DNA of 64,000 nucleotides from Betaproteobacteria bacterium (GCA_947457885.1 CANGXU010000001.1:34471-98470); one strand, 5' to 3'; numbered from the stretch's first letter, positions 27,760-36,630 are shown. Numbers and translations: made by a program. Notes: generated by a model not told the origin, from the sequence alone.

Positions 27760-29442
27760 ATGAACCAGGCCGCAGAACCCGTTGTCACCGAGTATTTCCT
27801 GCTGGAGAAAGACGTCGATGTGCCGATGCGCGACGGGGCGCGGCTGAAGGCAGACGTGTTCCGCCCCAAGGACGGCGGAAGGGTGCCTGCGTTGCTCAAT
27901 TTCGGGCCCTACCAGAAGGACAAGCCGTGGACACCTCCGGCGAACCTGGAGGAGAAGCCGAACGAATGGATGAACTGGGAGACGGTCAACCCCGAATGGT
28001 GGGTGCCGCGCGGCTATGCTTCCGTGCGGGTCGATGCCCGGGGCACCGGCCAGTCGCCCGGCCAGTACGACCCCTGGTCGCGCGCCGAGTCGGTCGATTT
28101 CCACGATGCGATCGAATGGGCAGCAGCGCAGCCCTGGTGTAACGGAAACGTCGGGCTGTCCGGAATTTCCTATTACGCGATCAACCAGTGGTTCGCCGCG
28201 AACCAGCAGCCGCCGTCGCTGAAGGCGATCGTGCCGTGGGAAGGTTTCGCCGACATCTATCGCGATGCGCTCTACCACGGCGGCATCCTGTCGCTGTTCA
28301 TGACCAACTGGTACACCGCACACCTGCTGCACCACACGCTCGGCCGGGCCTCGCAGATCAATCCCGATAACTGGCAGAAGAACACGCTGCACTTCTGGCT
28401 GACCAACAACCTGGACAGCGGCGCGTTCCACGGTGCGCAGGCGCGCTGGGAAGACATCAAGGTGCCGTTCCTGTCGGTGGGCAACTGGACCGGCATGGGC
28501 CTGCACCTGCGCGGCAACACGGAGGCCTACATGATGTCGAAGTCCCCGCACCGCAAGCTGCGCATGCAGGGCGGCACGCACGTGCATCCGTACTACTCCG
28601 AAGAGGGGCGCCAGGACCAGATCCGATTCTTCGACTACTGGCTCAAGGGCGTGCAGAACGGCGTGATGGATGAGCCGCCGGTCAAGCTGGCGATCCGCAA
28701 GGGCAGCGACAGGTACGACTGGCGCCTCGAGCACGAATGGCCTCTGGCGCGCACCCGGTGGACGAAGCTGTACTTCGACCTCGCGCAACCGTCGGTGGAC
28801 GACGTGCCGCTCAGCGGCACGCTGGTCGACAGCAACCCTGCGAACGCCAGCGAGTACACCTATGCGGCAACCGGCCTCGGCTCGATGGGATCGACCTCCG
28901 CGGCGTCGGCGCAGGTGATGGGCGGAGGCATCAAGCCGGGCATGGGCGTGGCCCTGGTCACGCCGCCGATGCCGGAAGACATGGAGGTTACCGGGCCGCT
29001 GGCAGCAACACTGTGGGTGTCGAGCAGCAGCGAGGACATGGACCTGTTCCTTACCCTGCGCCATTTCGACGCCGATGGTAACGAACTGATGGAGACCGGC
29101 CAGCAGGGTACGCCGGTGCCGGTGGCCAAGGGCTGGCTGCGCGTGTCGCACCGCGAACTCGACCCGGAACGGACGCTGCCCTACCGTCCCTACCACAAGC
29201 ACCGTAGCCGCCAGTTCCTGAAGCCCGGCGAGATCGTCCAGGTGCAGGTCGAGATCTGGCCGACGTCGATGGTGTTCGCGAAGGGCAGCCGTCTGCGGCT
29301 GGACGTCCAGCCGCGCGATGGCGTCGGCAGTCAGTCGTACATGCACTACCACGCCGATTACAACACGGGTACCAACACGCTCTACGCCGGTGGCGAGCGC
29401 GAGTCGTTCCTGCTGCTGCCGGTTATTCCGAAGGCGGACTGA
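27760..29442 (+). CDS. CocE/NonD-family (peptidase S15-like) alpha/beta hydrolase
   Basis: VPMRDGARLKADVFRP...YASVRVDARGTGQSPG...VGLSGISYYA plus a C-terminal jelly-roll domain. 560 aa. Confidence 0.88.
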   Translation: MNQAAEPVVTEYFLLEKDVDVPMRDGARLKADVFRPKDGGRVPALLNFGPYQKDKPWTPPANLEEKPNEWMNWETVNPEWWVPRGYASVRVDARGTGQSPGQYDPWSRAESVDFHDAIEWAAAQPWCNGNVGLSGISYYAINQWFAANQQPPSLKAIVPWEGFADIYRDALYHGGILSLFMTNWYTAHLLHHTLGRASQINPDNWQKNTLHFWLTNNLDSGAFHGAQARWEDIKVPFLSVGNWTGMGLHLRGNTEAYMMSKSPHRKLRMQGGTHVHPYYSEEGRQDQIRFFDYWLKGVQNGVMDEPPVKLAIRKGSDRYDWRLEHEWPLARTRWTKLYFDLAQPSVDDVPLSGTLVDSNPANASEYTYAATGLGSMGSTSAASAQVMGGGIKPGMGVALVTPPMPEDMEVTGPLAATLWVSSSSEDMDLFLTLRHFDADGNELMETGQQGTPVPVAKGWLRVSHRELDPERTLPYRPYHKHRSRQFLKPGEIVQVQVEIWPTSMVFAKGSRLRLDVQPRDGVGSQSYMHYHADYNTGTNTLYAGGERESFLLLPVIPKAD

Positions 29443-29514
29443 CCGGGCGGCCGGTGATCCGCGCGGGCGAGCGCGGGCAGGCGGGTTCCGATGACGTCGC
29501 CGGAACCGTCGCGC

Positions 29515-30456
29515 TCACCGATGCGAGCGCAGCAGCCGTCCCGGTACCGGCACCGGCGCGGTGAAGATGCAACCGGCTTCGGAATCGACGATGTAGAGGG
29601 TGCGCCCGTCCGGGCCGCCGTGTGCGACATTGGTCACCACGTCGCTTTTCGGCGAATCGATGCGCAGCACCGGCTCGCCACGGCGGTCGAACAGCCACAC
29701 CGCACCCAGGTCGGGGTGCGCCACGGCGAGTCCGTCCTCGGCATCGATCGCCATGCCGTCTGGACCGCGTCCGCCAGACAGCTGGATGAACATGCCCATG
29801 CGGGCAATGCCGCCAGCCGGATGGCGCGTGCCCTGCGTGAGCAGCGGTAGCCGCCACACCGCATTGGCCCGGGTCACCGCAACGTACAGGACGTTCTGTG
29901 CGTCATTCAGGACCAGCCCGTTGGGGCTGGGCAGGTTGTCCGCCAGGCGGTCGAGCGCGCCATCGGCGCGCAGCCGGTAGACGCGGCCGGTCGGGTCGTC
30001 CAGCGCGGTCTGTCCCTGGTCGGTGAAGTAGAGGTCGCCGTTGTCGGCGAAGGTCAGGTCGTTGATGCCCTTGAAGCGCTCGGCGCGATAGCTGTCGACC
30101 ACGACCTTGACCGCACCGCGCACGGGGTCGAGTTCGAGCAGGCCCTGTCGATAGTCGGCGACCAGGATCCGTCCGTCGGCATCGATCGCCAGTCCGTTCG
30201 GCTCGCCATCGTATTCGGCCACCAGCGTGAAGCTGCCGCCGGCATCGATGCGGAAGATGCGTCCGAACGGGATGTCGGTGACGTACAGGTTGCCGGAGCG
30301 GTCGAAGGCCGGCCCCTCCAGGAAGCAGCCGTGCTTCGGCACGCTGCGCCCGGACGCGATGCGCTCGGCGGACAGTCGCTTCCGCCGGAAGGCTGCAGGC
30401 AGTTCGGCGAAGACGCTCGCCGTGATGCGCGGCGGTGGGGCGAACAGGGTGGTCAT
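29515..30456 (-). CDS. SMP-30/gluconolactonase/LRE-family lactonase
   Basis: Six-bladed propeller repeats (EGPAFDRSGNLYVTD, PNGLAIDADGRILVAD, NDLTFADNGDLYFTD, PNGLVLN, PDGMAIDAEDGL). Confidence 0.9.
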   Translation of the reverse strand: MTTLFAPPPRITASVFAELPAAFRRKRLSAERIASGRSVPKHGCFLEGPAFDRSGNLYVTDIPFGRIFRIDAGGSFTLVAEYDGEPNGLAIDADGRILVADYRQGLLELDPVRGAVKVVVDSYRAERFKGINDLTFADNGDLYFTDQGQTALDDPTGRVYRLRADGALDRLADNLPSPNGLVLNDAQNVLYVAVTRANAVWRLPLLTQGTRHPAGGIARMGMFIQLSGGRGPDGMAIDAEDGLAVAHPDLGAVWLFDRRGEPVLRIDSPKSDVVTNVAHGGPDGRTLYIVDSEAGCIFTAPVPVPGRLLRSHR

Positions 30457-30480
30457 CGGGGTCGATCCCTCCTCGTCGGC

Positions 30481-31428
30481 TCAGAAGTGCGGTACCGCGT
30501 CAAGTTCGGCGCGCCGGTCGGAGCCCCGAGGCGCCGGATCGCCACCCAGCAGGTCGGCCTTGACCCGGCGGATATCCTCGAGGTGGGATCGCAGCAGGCT
30601 CGCCGCCTGCTCGCGCCGGCCACCCTCGATCAGGTCGAGAAGCTGCAGGTGTTCGCGCGCGGCGGCGACGAACGCACGCGTGTTGCCGAACGGCCGGTAG
30701 ACGATCAGCCGGCGCAGCCGGTTCGCACGCTGGCTCGCCTCGATGAAGAACGGGTTGCCGCAACAGCCGACGATCGTCGCATGGAAGCGGGTGCCGATGT
30801 CGAACCATTCATTGCTGGTGAGCCGTGGCGGCCGGGGTCCCACCAGTTCGCGCTGTTCCGCACGCACCCTGGCGAACGCGGTTGTATCGACCCGGTATCC
30901 GGGCTCGAGCAGCGCCGCCGGCTCGATCGCCAGCCGGAAGCGGTAGCTCGCCGCATGCGCCTCGGCCGAATCGAGCACTGGCAGGAATCGCCAGCCGTAG
31001 CCGGGCCGGCGTTCGATCCAGCGTTCCTGCGCCATGCGCGTGAGGTTCTGGCGCAGGACCGCGCCGGTGACCCGGTAGCGCTCGGCGAGCAGGGTCTCGG
31101 TGACGAACTCCGGCAGGCGGCCGGCCAGCCGGTCGGCTGCGATCTGCAGGTAGGGCCTTGCTGCTTCCGGCTCGGCCAGCAACTGTACGGTGCGCGCATG
31201 GGCTTCGCGGTCGCCGGTCACCACGAAGCCGCGGTTGGGTTCGCGTGCCGCCACGCCGCCTTCCTCGAGCAGTTGCAGCGCTCGCTCGATCGGCGACCTG
31301 GATACGTCGTGGCGCAGTGCGAGTTCGGCACTCTTCAGACGTGTACCGGGCGGCAGCGTGCCGGCACCGATCTCGGCCAGTATGCGGCGCGCGATGCGCC
31401 TGACCAGTGGCGTGGACGGGTGAGACAT
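30481..31428 (-). CDS. GntR-family regulator with two tandem wHTH modules plus an FCD effector domain
   Basis: wHTH-1 covers residues about 8-72 (LKSAELALRHDVSRSPIERALQLLEEGGV). wHTH-2 covers about 92-150 (TETLLAERYRVTGAVLRQNLTRMAQERWIERRPGYGWRF). The FCD-like helical domain runs to residue 315. Confidence 0.85.
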   Translation of the reverse strand: MSHPSTPLVRRIARRILAEIGAGTLPPGTRLKSAELALRHDVSRSPIERALQLLEEGGVAAREPNRGFVVTGDREAHARTVQLLAEPEAARPYLQIAADRLAGRLPEFVTETLLAERYRVTGAVLRQNLTRMAQERWIERRPGYGWRFLPVLDSAEAHAASYRFRLAIEPAALLEPGYRVDTTAFARVRAEQRELVGPRPPRLTSNEWFDIGTRFHATIVGCCGNPFFIEASQRANRLRRLIVYRPFGNTRAFVAAAREHLQLLDLIEGGRREQAASLLRSHLEDIRRVKADLLGGDPAPRGSDRRAELDAVPHF

Positions 31429-31485
31429 CAGGCCAGGTGCTCGGCAGGCATCGGCGCGGCGCAGGGCGGCTGGCAGCCTCGCGCT

Positions 31486-32568
31486 TCAGGCCGCGTCGAA
31501 GGCCTGCGCACGACCATCGGGCAGCACGACCTTCGCGCCGGCGGCTTCCTCGGCCAGCGCACGGATCACGTCGGCGGTGACCGGGATGCCGCTGACCGCG
31601 CGCCGGGCTGCGGTGCGCGCCTCGGGCTCGCCCGGGATCAGGATCTCGTCGCAGCCTTCCGCGCGCGGCATCGCCTTCACCCGGTCGACCATCTCGTCCA
31701 TCCGGTCGCGATACTGCTGCATCGGCATGAAGAGGTCGGGGCGGAAGGCAATGAACAGGTGGCCGACATCCTGCGGCCCCGAGAAATCGAAGTACAGGCT
31801 CTTCACGCCGGCGGCGAATGCCGAGCCGGTCAGCACGCCGGAGAAGATGTCCATCATGAACGCGATCGCAGAGCCCTTCACGCCACCGAACGGAAGCAGT
31901 ACGCCCTCGAACGCCGCCTGCGCGTCGGTGGTCGGCCGGCCTTCGTTGTCCAGAGCAAGCCCGAGCGGTATCGGTTCGCCCTTGCTCGCCGCGAGCCTGA
32001 TCTTGCCGCGCGCGATCACGGTCATCGCCAGGTCGAGCACGTAGTCGCCGCGCTTGCCGCCGGGTGCCCCGACCGCGAGCGGGGCGGCCCCGTGGAAGTT
32101 GGTGCGTCCGCCCCAGGCCGGCATGGCCGGGGACGAATTGGTGAAAGCCATCGAAACCATGCCGGCCTCGATCGCCTGCATCACGTACAGGGCTGCCATG
32201 CCGTAGTGCGTGCTGCGCCTGATGCCCACCAAGCCGATGCCGGTGGTGCGCGCGATGGCGATGGCCTCGTCCATCGCGCGATGGCCGACCACGAAGCCGA
32301 TGCCGTCGTCGCCGTCGATCGAGGCCACGGCCGCTGCCGGCCGATCGATCTTCAAGGAAGGCGTCGGGTTGATCGCCTTCGCGCGCAGCCGCTTGCAGTA
32401 GATCGGGATGCGCGCGACGCCGTGCGAGGCGAGGCCGCGCAGGTCCGCGGCGACCAGGTCGCGCGCGACGGTGGCGGCATCCTCGACCGGAAGTCCGTGC
32501 GCGATGAACATTCCAGTGCCGAAGGAAACCAGTTCGTCGGTGCTGAAGTATCGTGCGCTGTCGGTCAT
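31486..32568 (-). CDS. Ldh2-family (malate/L-lactate/sulfolactate dehydrogenase type 2) oxidoreductase
   Basis: ADLRGLASHGVARIPIY...RRSTHYGMAALY...FTNSSPAMPAWGG...LPFGGVKGSAIAFMMD. Confidence 0.9.
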   Translation of the reverse strand: MTDSARYFSTDELVSFGTGMFIAHGLPVEDAATVARDLVAADLRGLASHGVARIPIYCKRLRAKAINPTPSLKIDRPAAAVASIDGDDGIGFVVGHRAMDEAIAIARTTGIGLVGIRRSTHYGMAALYVMQAIEAGMVSMAFTNSSPAMPAWGGRTNFHGAAPLAVGAPGGKRGDYVLDLAMTVIARGKIRLAASKGEPIPLGLALDNEGRPTTDAQAAFEGVLLPFGGVKGSAIAFMMDIFSGVLTGSAFAAGVKSLYFDFSGPQDVGHLFIAFRPDLFMPMQQYRDRMDEMVDRVKAMPRAEGCDEILIPGEPEARTAARRAVSGIPVTADVIRALAEEAAGAKVVLPDGRAQAFDAA

Positions 32569-32621
32569 GGTGAGTGCGGGTCCGGAACGGGCGGTCGGCC
32601 GGGCAGCAATGGCGGTACGCC

Positions 32622-32653
32622 AGTTTGCATTTTCAAGCTTGAAAATGCAAACT
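32622..32653. promoter_or_regulatory. 32-bp perfect palindrome AGTTTGCATTTTCAAG|CTTGAAAATGCAAACT, candidate operator of the divergon
   Basis: Perfect dyad read directly from the sequence. It is AT-rich in a GC-rich genome. It sits 53 bp from the Ldh2 start and 24 bp from the hydrolase start. The GntR gene is in the minus-strand operon. Confidence 0.55.
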
Positions 32654-32677
32654 TGCTGGAGTCAACGGGAGGAATGC

Positions 32678-33556
32678 ATGTTCGAAGGCTTTCGCGAAAT
32701 GATGGTGCCGACCAGCGATCCGGAATGCCGGATCAAGCTGCGCGTCGGCGGCAAGGGTCCGGCGATCCTGCTGCTGCACGGCAATCCGCTCACCCATGTC
32801 ACCTGGTACAAGATCGCGCCGCGGCTGGCCGATCGCTACACCGTCGTCTGCGCCGACCTTCGCGGCTACGGCGACAGCGACAAGCCGCGCGGCCTGCCCG
32901 ACCACACGAACTACTCGTTCCGGCGGATGGGACAGGACATGGTCGACGTGATGAAGGTGCTGGGCTTCGACGAGTTCATGGTCGCGGGACACGATCGCGG
33001 CGCGCGCACTGCGCACCGGATGGCGCTCGATCATCCCGAGAAGGTGAAGAAGTTCGCCAGCATCGAGATCATCCCGACGCACTGGCAACTCAACAACATG
33101 AAGTGGACCTACGCGGCCCATTCGTACCACTGGTTCTTCTTCGCCCAGCCGTTCGACTTCCCGGAGAAGCTCCTCGAAGGCAAGGAGGAGTACTACATCC
33201 GACGCAAGTTCGCCAAGCAGGGGGAAGGCAAGTTCAGCGACGAGACGATGGCCGAATACGTGCGCTGCTGCACGCCCGAGCATATCCACGGCATGTCGGA
33301 AGACTACAGGGCCACCCTTTCGGTCGACTTTCCGCTCGACACCGCGGACTGGGAGGCGGGCAAGCGCGTGACCTGTCCGATGCTGGTGATGTGGGCCGAG
33401 AAGAGCCACACCCAGCGCGAGTTCAGCGCGATCGATGCATGGCCGCACTATGCGACCGACATCCGCGGTTTCCACAAGCTGCAGTGCGCGCACTATCCGA
33501 TGGAAGAGGCGCCGGACGAGACCTACGAGAAGCTCGCCGCGTTCTTGGACGAGTAA
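32678..33556 (+). CDS. Alpha/beta hydrolase, haloacetate-dehalogenase / epoxide-hydrolase-like subfamily
   Basis: GGGAGGA-N4-ATG at 32678. LLLHGNPLTHVTW, nucleophile elbow VAGHDRGARTAHR, then HW and YHWFF cap motifs and a C-terminal CAHYPMEEAP. Confidence 0.85.
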   Translation: MFEGFREMMVPTSDPECRIKLRVGGKGPAILLLHGNPLTHVTWYKIAPRLADRYTVVCADLRGYGDSDKPRGLPDHTNYSFRRMGQDMVDVMKVLGFDEFMVAGHDRGARTAHRMALDHPEKVKKFASIEIIPTHWQLNNMKWTYAAHSYHWFFFAQPFDFPEKLLEGKEEYYIRRKFAKQGEGKFSDETMAEYVRCCTPEHIHGMSEDYRATLSVDFPLDTADWEAGKRVTCPMLVMWAEKSHTQREFSAIDAWPHYATDIRGFHKLQCAHYPMEEAPDETYEKLAAFLDE

Positions 33557-33666
33557 GCTCGCAACCGGTAGTGCGTTCCTGCGCTGCCGTGGAGCCCGTC
33601 GGCCGTGCGAGGCAGGGCGCGGCAACCGGGCCCGGCGCGCGGACGTCGGCCGCAATGGAGGAATCG

Positions 33667-34683
33667 ATGGACACTGATTCGATGCACAACCCTGTGCGCC
33701 CGGTGGTGTCGGTGGCAGCCAGCGCGATCGCGATCGCAGCCACGCTGGCGCTGGCACTGCCGCTGGCCCCGGCCGCGGCGCAGAGCTATCCGGTGCGTCC
33801 GGTGCGCCTGATCGTGCCGTTCGCACCGGGCGCCGCCTCGGACATCACCGGCCGGCTCGTCGCGCAGAAGCTTTCCGAGGGCTTCAACCAGTCGATCGTG
33901 GTCGATAACCGGCCCGGTGCAGGCGGCAACATCGGCCATGACATTGCGGCGAAGGCGCCGCCCGATGGCTACACCATCGTGCTCGCCAACGAATCGCTGG
34001 CGATCAATGCATCGCTCACCCGGAAGCTGCCCTTCGACACGCTGCGCGACCTGGCTGCTATCAGTCTGGTGACGATCAACCCGAGGGTATTCGTTGCTTC
34101 GGCCGCGTCGTCGTTCGAATCGATCAAGGACGTCGTCGCCGCGTCGCGCACGAGGCCGAACAGCATACGGTACGGTTCGTCCGGCATCGGCACCGGTCCG
34201 CACCTGGCGGGCGCAATGCTCTCCAACCTTGCCAGGATCGAGATGATCCACGTGCCCTACAAGGGTGCGGCTCCGGCGCTGGCCGACGTGCTCGGCGGAC
34301 AGATCGAGATGATCGCGACCACCATCCTGTCGTCGCAGCCGATGATCCAGTCGGGCAAGCTGCGTGCGCTCGGTGTCACCTCTGCGAAACGTTCGGGTAC
34401 GCTGCCGAACGTACCGACCGTTGCCGAGAGCGGCGTACCCGGTTTCGAGGCCACGTCCTGGCTGATGCTGCTCGGGCCGGCGAAGATGCCGCGTGCGGTG
34501 GTGGCGCGGCTGCACGAAGAAACCGCGCGCTTCATCGAGCAGCCCGATGTGCGAAAGCGGGTCGCGGCCGATGGTGGCGAGCCTGTGGGTTCTTCGCCTG
34601 ACCAGGCAGCCGCCTACCTGAAGAGCCAGGTCGAGCGTTGGGGGCAGGTGATCCGCGCAGCCGGCGTGCAGCCGGAGGCCTGA
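33667..34683 (+). CDS. Bug/TctC-family substrate-binding protein (paralog 2)
   Basis: GGAGGA-N4-ATG at 33667 (alternatives 33655 and 33682). YPVRPVRLIVPFAPGAASDITGR...NRPGAGGNIG...PYKG. Confidence 0.9.
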   Translation: MDTDSMHNPVRPVVSVAASAIAIAATLALALPLAPAAAQSYPVRPVRLIVPFAPGAASDITGRLVAQKLSEGFNQSIVVDNRPGAGGNIGHDIAAKAPPDGYTIVLANESLAINASLTRKLPFDTLRDLAAISLVTINPRVFVASAASSFESIKDVVAASRTRPNSIRYGSSGIGTGPHLAGAMLSNLARIEMIHVPYKGAAPALADVLGGQIEMIATTILSSQPMIQSGKLRALGVTSAKRSGTLPNVPTVAESGVPGFEATSWLMLLGPAKMPRAVVARLHEETARFIEQPDVRKRVAADGGEPVGSSPDQAAAYLKSQVERWGQVIRAAGVQPEA

Positions 34684-34690
34684 GCCGGCG

Positions 34691-35956
34691 ATGGACGGGC
34701 CATGGCTCGGTTGTATCGCCGACGACTTCACTGGTGCCACCGATCTCGCCAGTACGCTGGTGGCGCAGGGCATGCGCACCGTGGTGCTGCCCGGAGAACC
34801 GCGTCCCGGATTTGCAGTGCCGCGGGCCGACGCACTGGTGGTTGCATTGAAGTCGCGCTCGATCCCGTCCGCGCAGGCGGTCGCGGCGTCGCTCGCGGCA
34901 CTGCGCTGGCTGCAAGAGGCCGGCTGCTCGCAGTTCTTCTTCAAGTACTGCTCGACGTTCGATTCCACAGATTCGGGCAACATCGGCCCGGTGGCCGACG
35001 CGCTGCTCGATGCGCTGGACTCGCGATTCACGCTTGCCTGTCCGGCGTTCCCCGCGAACGCGCGCAGCGTCTATCGCGGCTACCTGTTCGTGGGAGACCG
35101 GCTGCTGTCCGAGTCGGGCATGCGCGATCACCCGCTCACGCCGATGACCGACCCGTCCCTGGTCAGGGTACTGTCGCGGCAGATGCGCAGCGAGGCCGGC
35201 CTCATTGGCTTCGAGACGGTGGAGCAGGGCGCGCCCGCAGTGGTCGATGCCATCCGGGGCTTGCAGAGTCGCGGTGTCCGCATCGCGATCGCCGATGCAT
35301 TGACCGAGCGGCACCTGATGACGCTGGGGGAGGCCAGCGCCGGGCTGGCACTGGTCACCGGCGGCTCCGGCATGGCCATGGGGCTGCCGGCCAACTTCCG
35401 CGCGCGCGGCTGGGTGCCGTCGAAGGACAGCGCTGCCCTGCCTCGGGTTCACGGACCTTGCGCGGTGATTGCCGGCAGCTGCTCGACGATGACGCGCGAG
35501 CAGGTGGCCGCGATGTCGGCCTGGGCGCCGTCCTGGTTCATCGACCCGGCTGCGCTCGACGACCCGGATCGTGCAGTCGGGCAGGCCCTCGATTGGGCGC
35601 GGCCGAAGCTGGCCGCCGGACCGGTGCTGCTGTATTCGACCGCCGCGCCCGAGCGTGTGGCCGAGACGCAGCGGCTGCTGGGCGCCGACGCCGGGCCGTG
35701 CATCGAGCGGGTGCTGGCTGCGATAGCACGCGGACTCGTCGCGGCCGGTGTCAGGCGCCTGGTCGTCGCCGGCGGCGAGACCTCCGGTGCGGTGGTCGGA
35801 GCGCTGGGCATGCCGGCGCTGCGCATCGGACCGGTGATCGCGCCGGGCGTACCGTGGACGGCCGCCGAAGGCGGCGAGCCCATGTGGCTCGCGCTCAAGT
35901 CCGGTAACTTCGGTACTGCGGATTTCTTCCGCACCGCGCTCGACCTTGCCGGTTGA
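34691..35956 (+). CDS. otnK: Four-carbon acid-sugar kinase (DUF1537; 3-oxo-tetronate kinase, YgbK-like)
   Basis: Near-colinear match to E. coli YgbK: IADDFTGATDLAS, FFKYCSTFDSTDSGNIGPVADAL, YRGYLFVGDRLLSESGMRDHPLTPMTD, VVAGGETSGAVV. Confidence 0.88.
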   Translation: MDGPWLGCIADDFTGATDLASTLVAQGMRTVVLPGEPRPGFAVPRADALVVALKSRSIPSAQAVAASLAALRWLQEAGCSQFFFKYCSTFDSTDSGNIGPVADALLDALDSRFTLACPAFPANARSVYRGYLFVGDRLLSESGMRDHPLTPMTDPSLVRVLSRQMRSEAGLIGFETVEQGAPAVVDAIRGLQSRGVRIAIADALTERHLMTLGEASAGLALVTGGSGMAMGLPANFRARGWVPSKDSAALPRVHGPCAVIAGSCSTMTREQVAAMSAWAPSWFIDPAALDDPDRAVGQALDWARPKLAAGPVLLYSTAAPERVAETQRLLGADAGPCIERVLAAIARGLVAAGVRRLVVAGGETSGAVVGALGMPALRIGPVIAPGVPWTAAEGGEPMWLALKSGNFGTADFFRTALDLAG

Positions 35957-35989
35957 TCGCGAAACGCCCGTCGAAGAAAGAAGTTTGCC

Positions 35990-36625
35990 ATGTCGAACGA
36001 AGATCGCCTGCGCGACGAACTGGTGGTGCTCGGCCGTTCTCTGTACGACCGCGGGCTCGCGCATGGCTCGGCCGGCAACCTTAGCGTGAAGCTGTCCGAT
36101 GGCTGGCTGATGTCGCCGACGAATTCCTGCCTGGGCCGCCTGGATCCTGCCCGCCTGTCCCGGCTCGATGCGCAGGGCCGGCTGGTCGACGGCGACGCGC
36201 CGTCGAAGGAAACCTTCCTGCACCTGGCGATGTACGGCGAACGGGCGACCTGCGGCGCGGTGGTGCACCTTCATTCGGTGCATGCGGTCGCGGTGTCCTG
36301 CCTCGACGGACTCGACCCTCAGGATGCCTTCCCGCCGATCACCGCCTACGCGGTGATGCAGGTCGGGCAGTTGGCACTGGTACCTTACTTTCCGCCGGGT
36401 GACCCGGCGCTGGCCGAGGCGGTACGCAGCGTTGCGTCGAAGCACCATTCGATCCTGCTCGCCAACCACGGACCGGTGGTCGCTGGCAGCTCGCTGTCCG
36501 CTGCGGTGGGCGCCATGGAGGAACTCGAACAGACGGCCCGACTGGTGCTGCTGCTCGACGGTCATCGCACCCGGCTGCTGGATCCGGCGCAGGTCGCGGA
36601 TCTGCAGCGCAGGTTCCCCGGCTGA
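35990..36625 (+). CDS. otnC: Class II aldolase/adducin-fold 3-oxo-tetronate 4-phosphate decarboxylase (YgbL-like)
   Basis: GSAGNLSVKL..SPTNSCLGRLDPARLS..PSKETFLHLAMY..AVVHLHS..LLANHGPVVAG..MEELEQTARL parallels YgbL. Confidence 0.85.
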   Translation: MSNEDRLRDELVVLGRSLYDRGLAHGSAGNLSVKLSDGWLMSPTNSCLGRLDPARLSRLDAQGRLVDGDAPSKETFLHLAMYGERATCGAVVHLHSVHAVAVSCLDGLDPQDAFPPITAYAVMQVGQLALVPYFPPGDPALAEAVRSVASKHHSILLANHGPVVAGSSLSAAVGAMEELEQTARLVLLLDGHRTRLLDPAQVADLQRRFPG

Positions 36626-36630
36626 GCCTG

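Noticed and set aside
23738-32640. Two palindromes both centred on AAGCTT (HindIII site) at about 23738 and 32637, considered as related elements or engineered scars
   Set aside because: The flanking arms are unrelated (GC-rich stem-loop versus AT-rich 32-bp dyad). The shared hexamer is most simply coincidence.
30331-34683. 1450-aa ORF on the plus strand, the longest in the track
   Set aside because: Only its last 338 codons (from 33667) encode a recognisable protein (Bug/TctC). The rest runs antisense to, or out of frame with, the SMP-30, GntR and Ldh2 genes and the hydrolase. Its translation is Arg/Ala/Gly/Pro-rich low-complexity sequence typical of stop-poor frames in GC-rich DNA.
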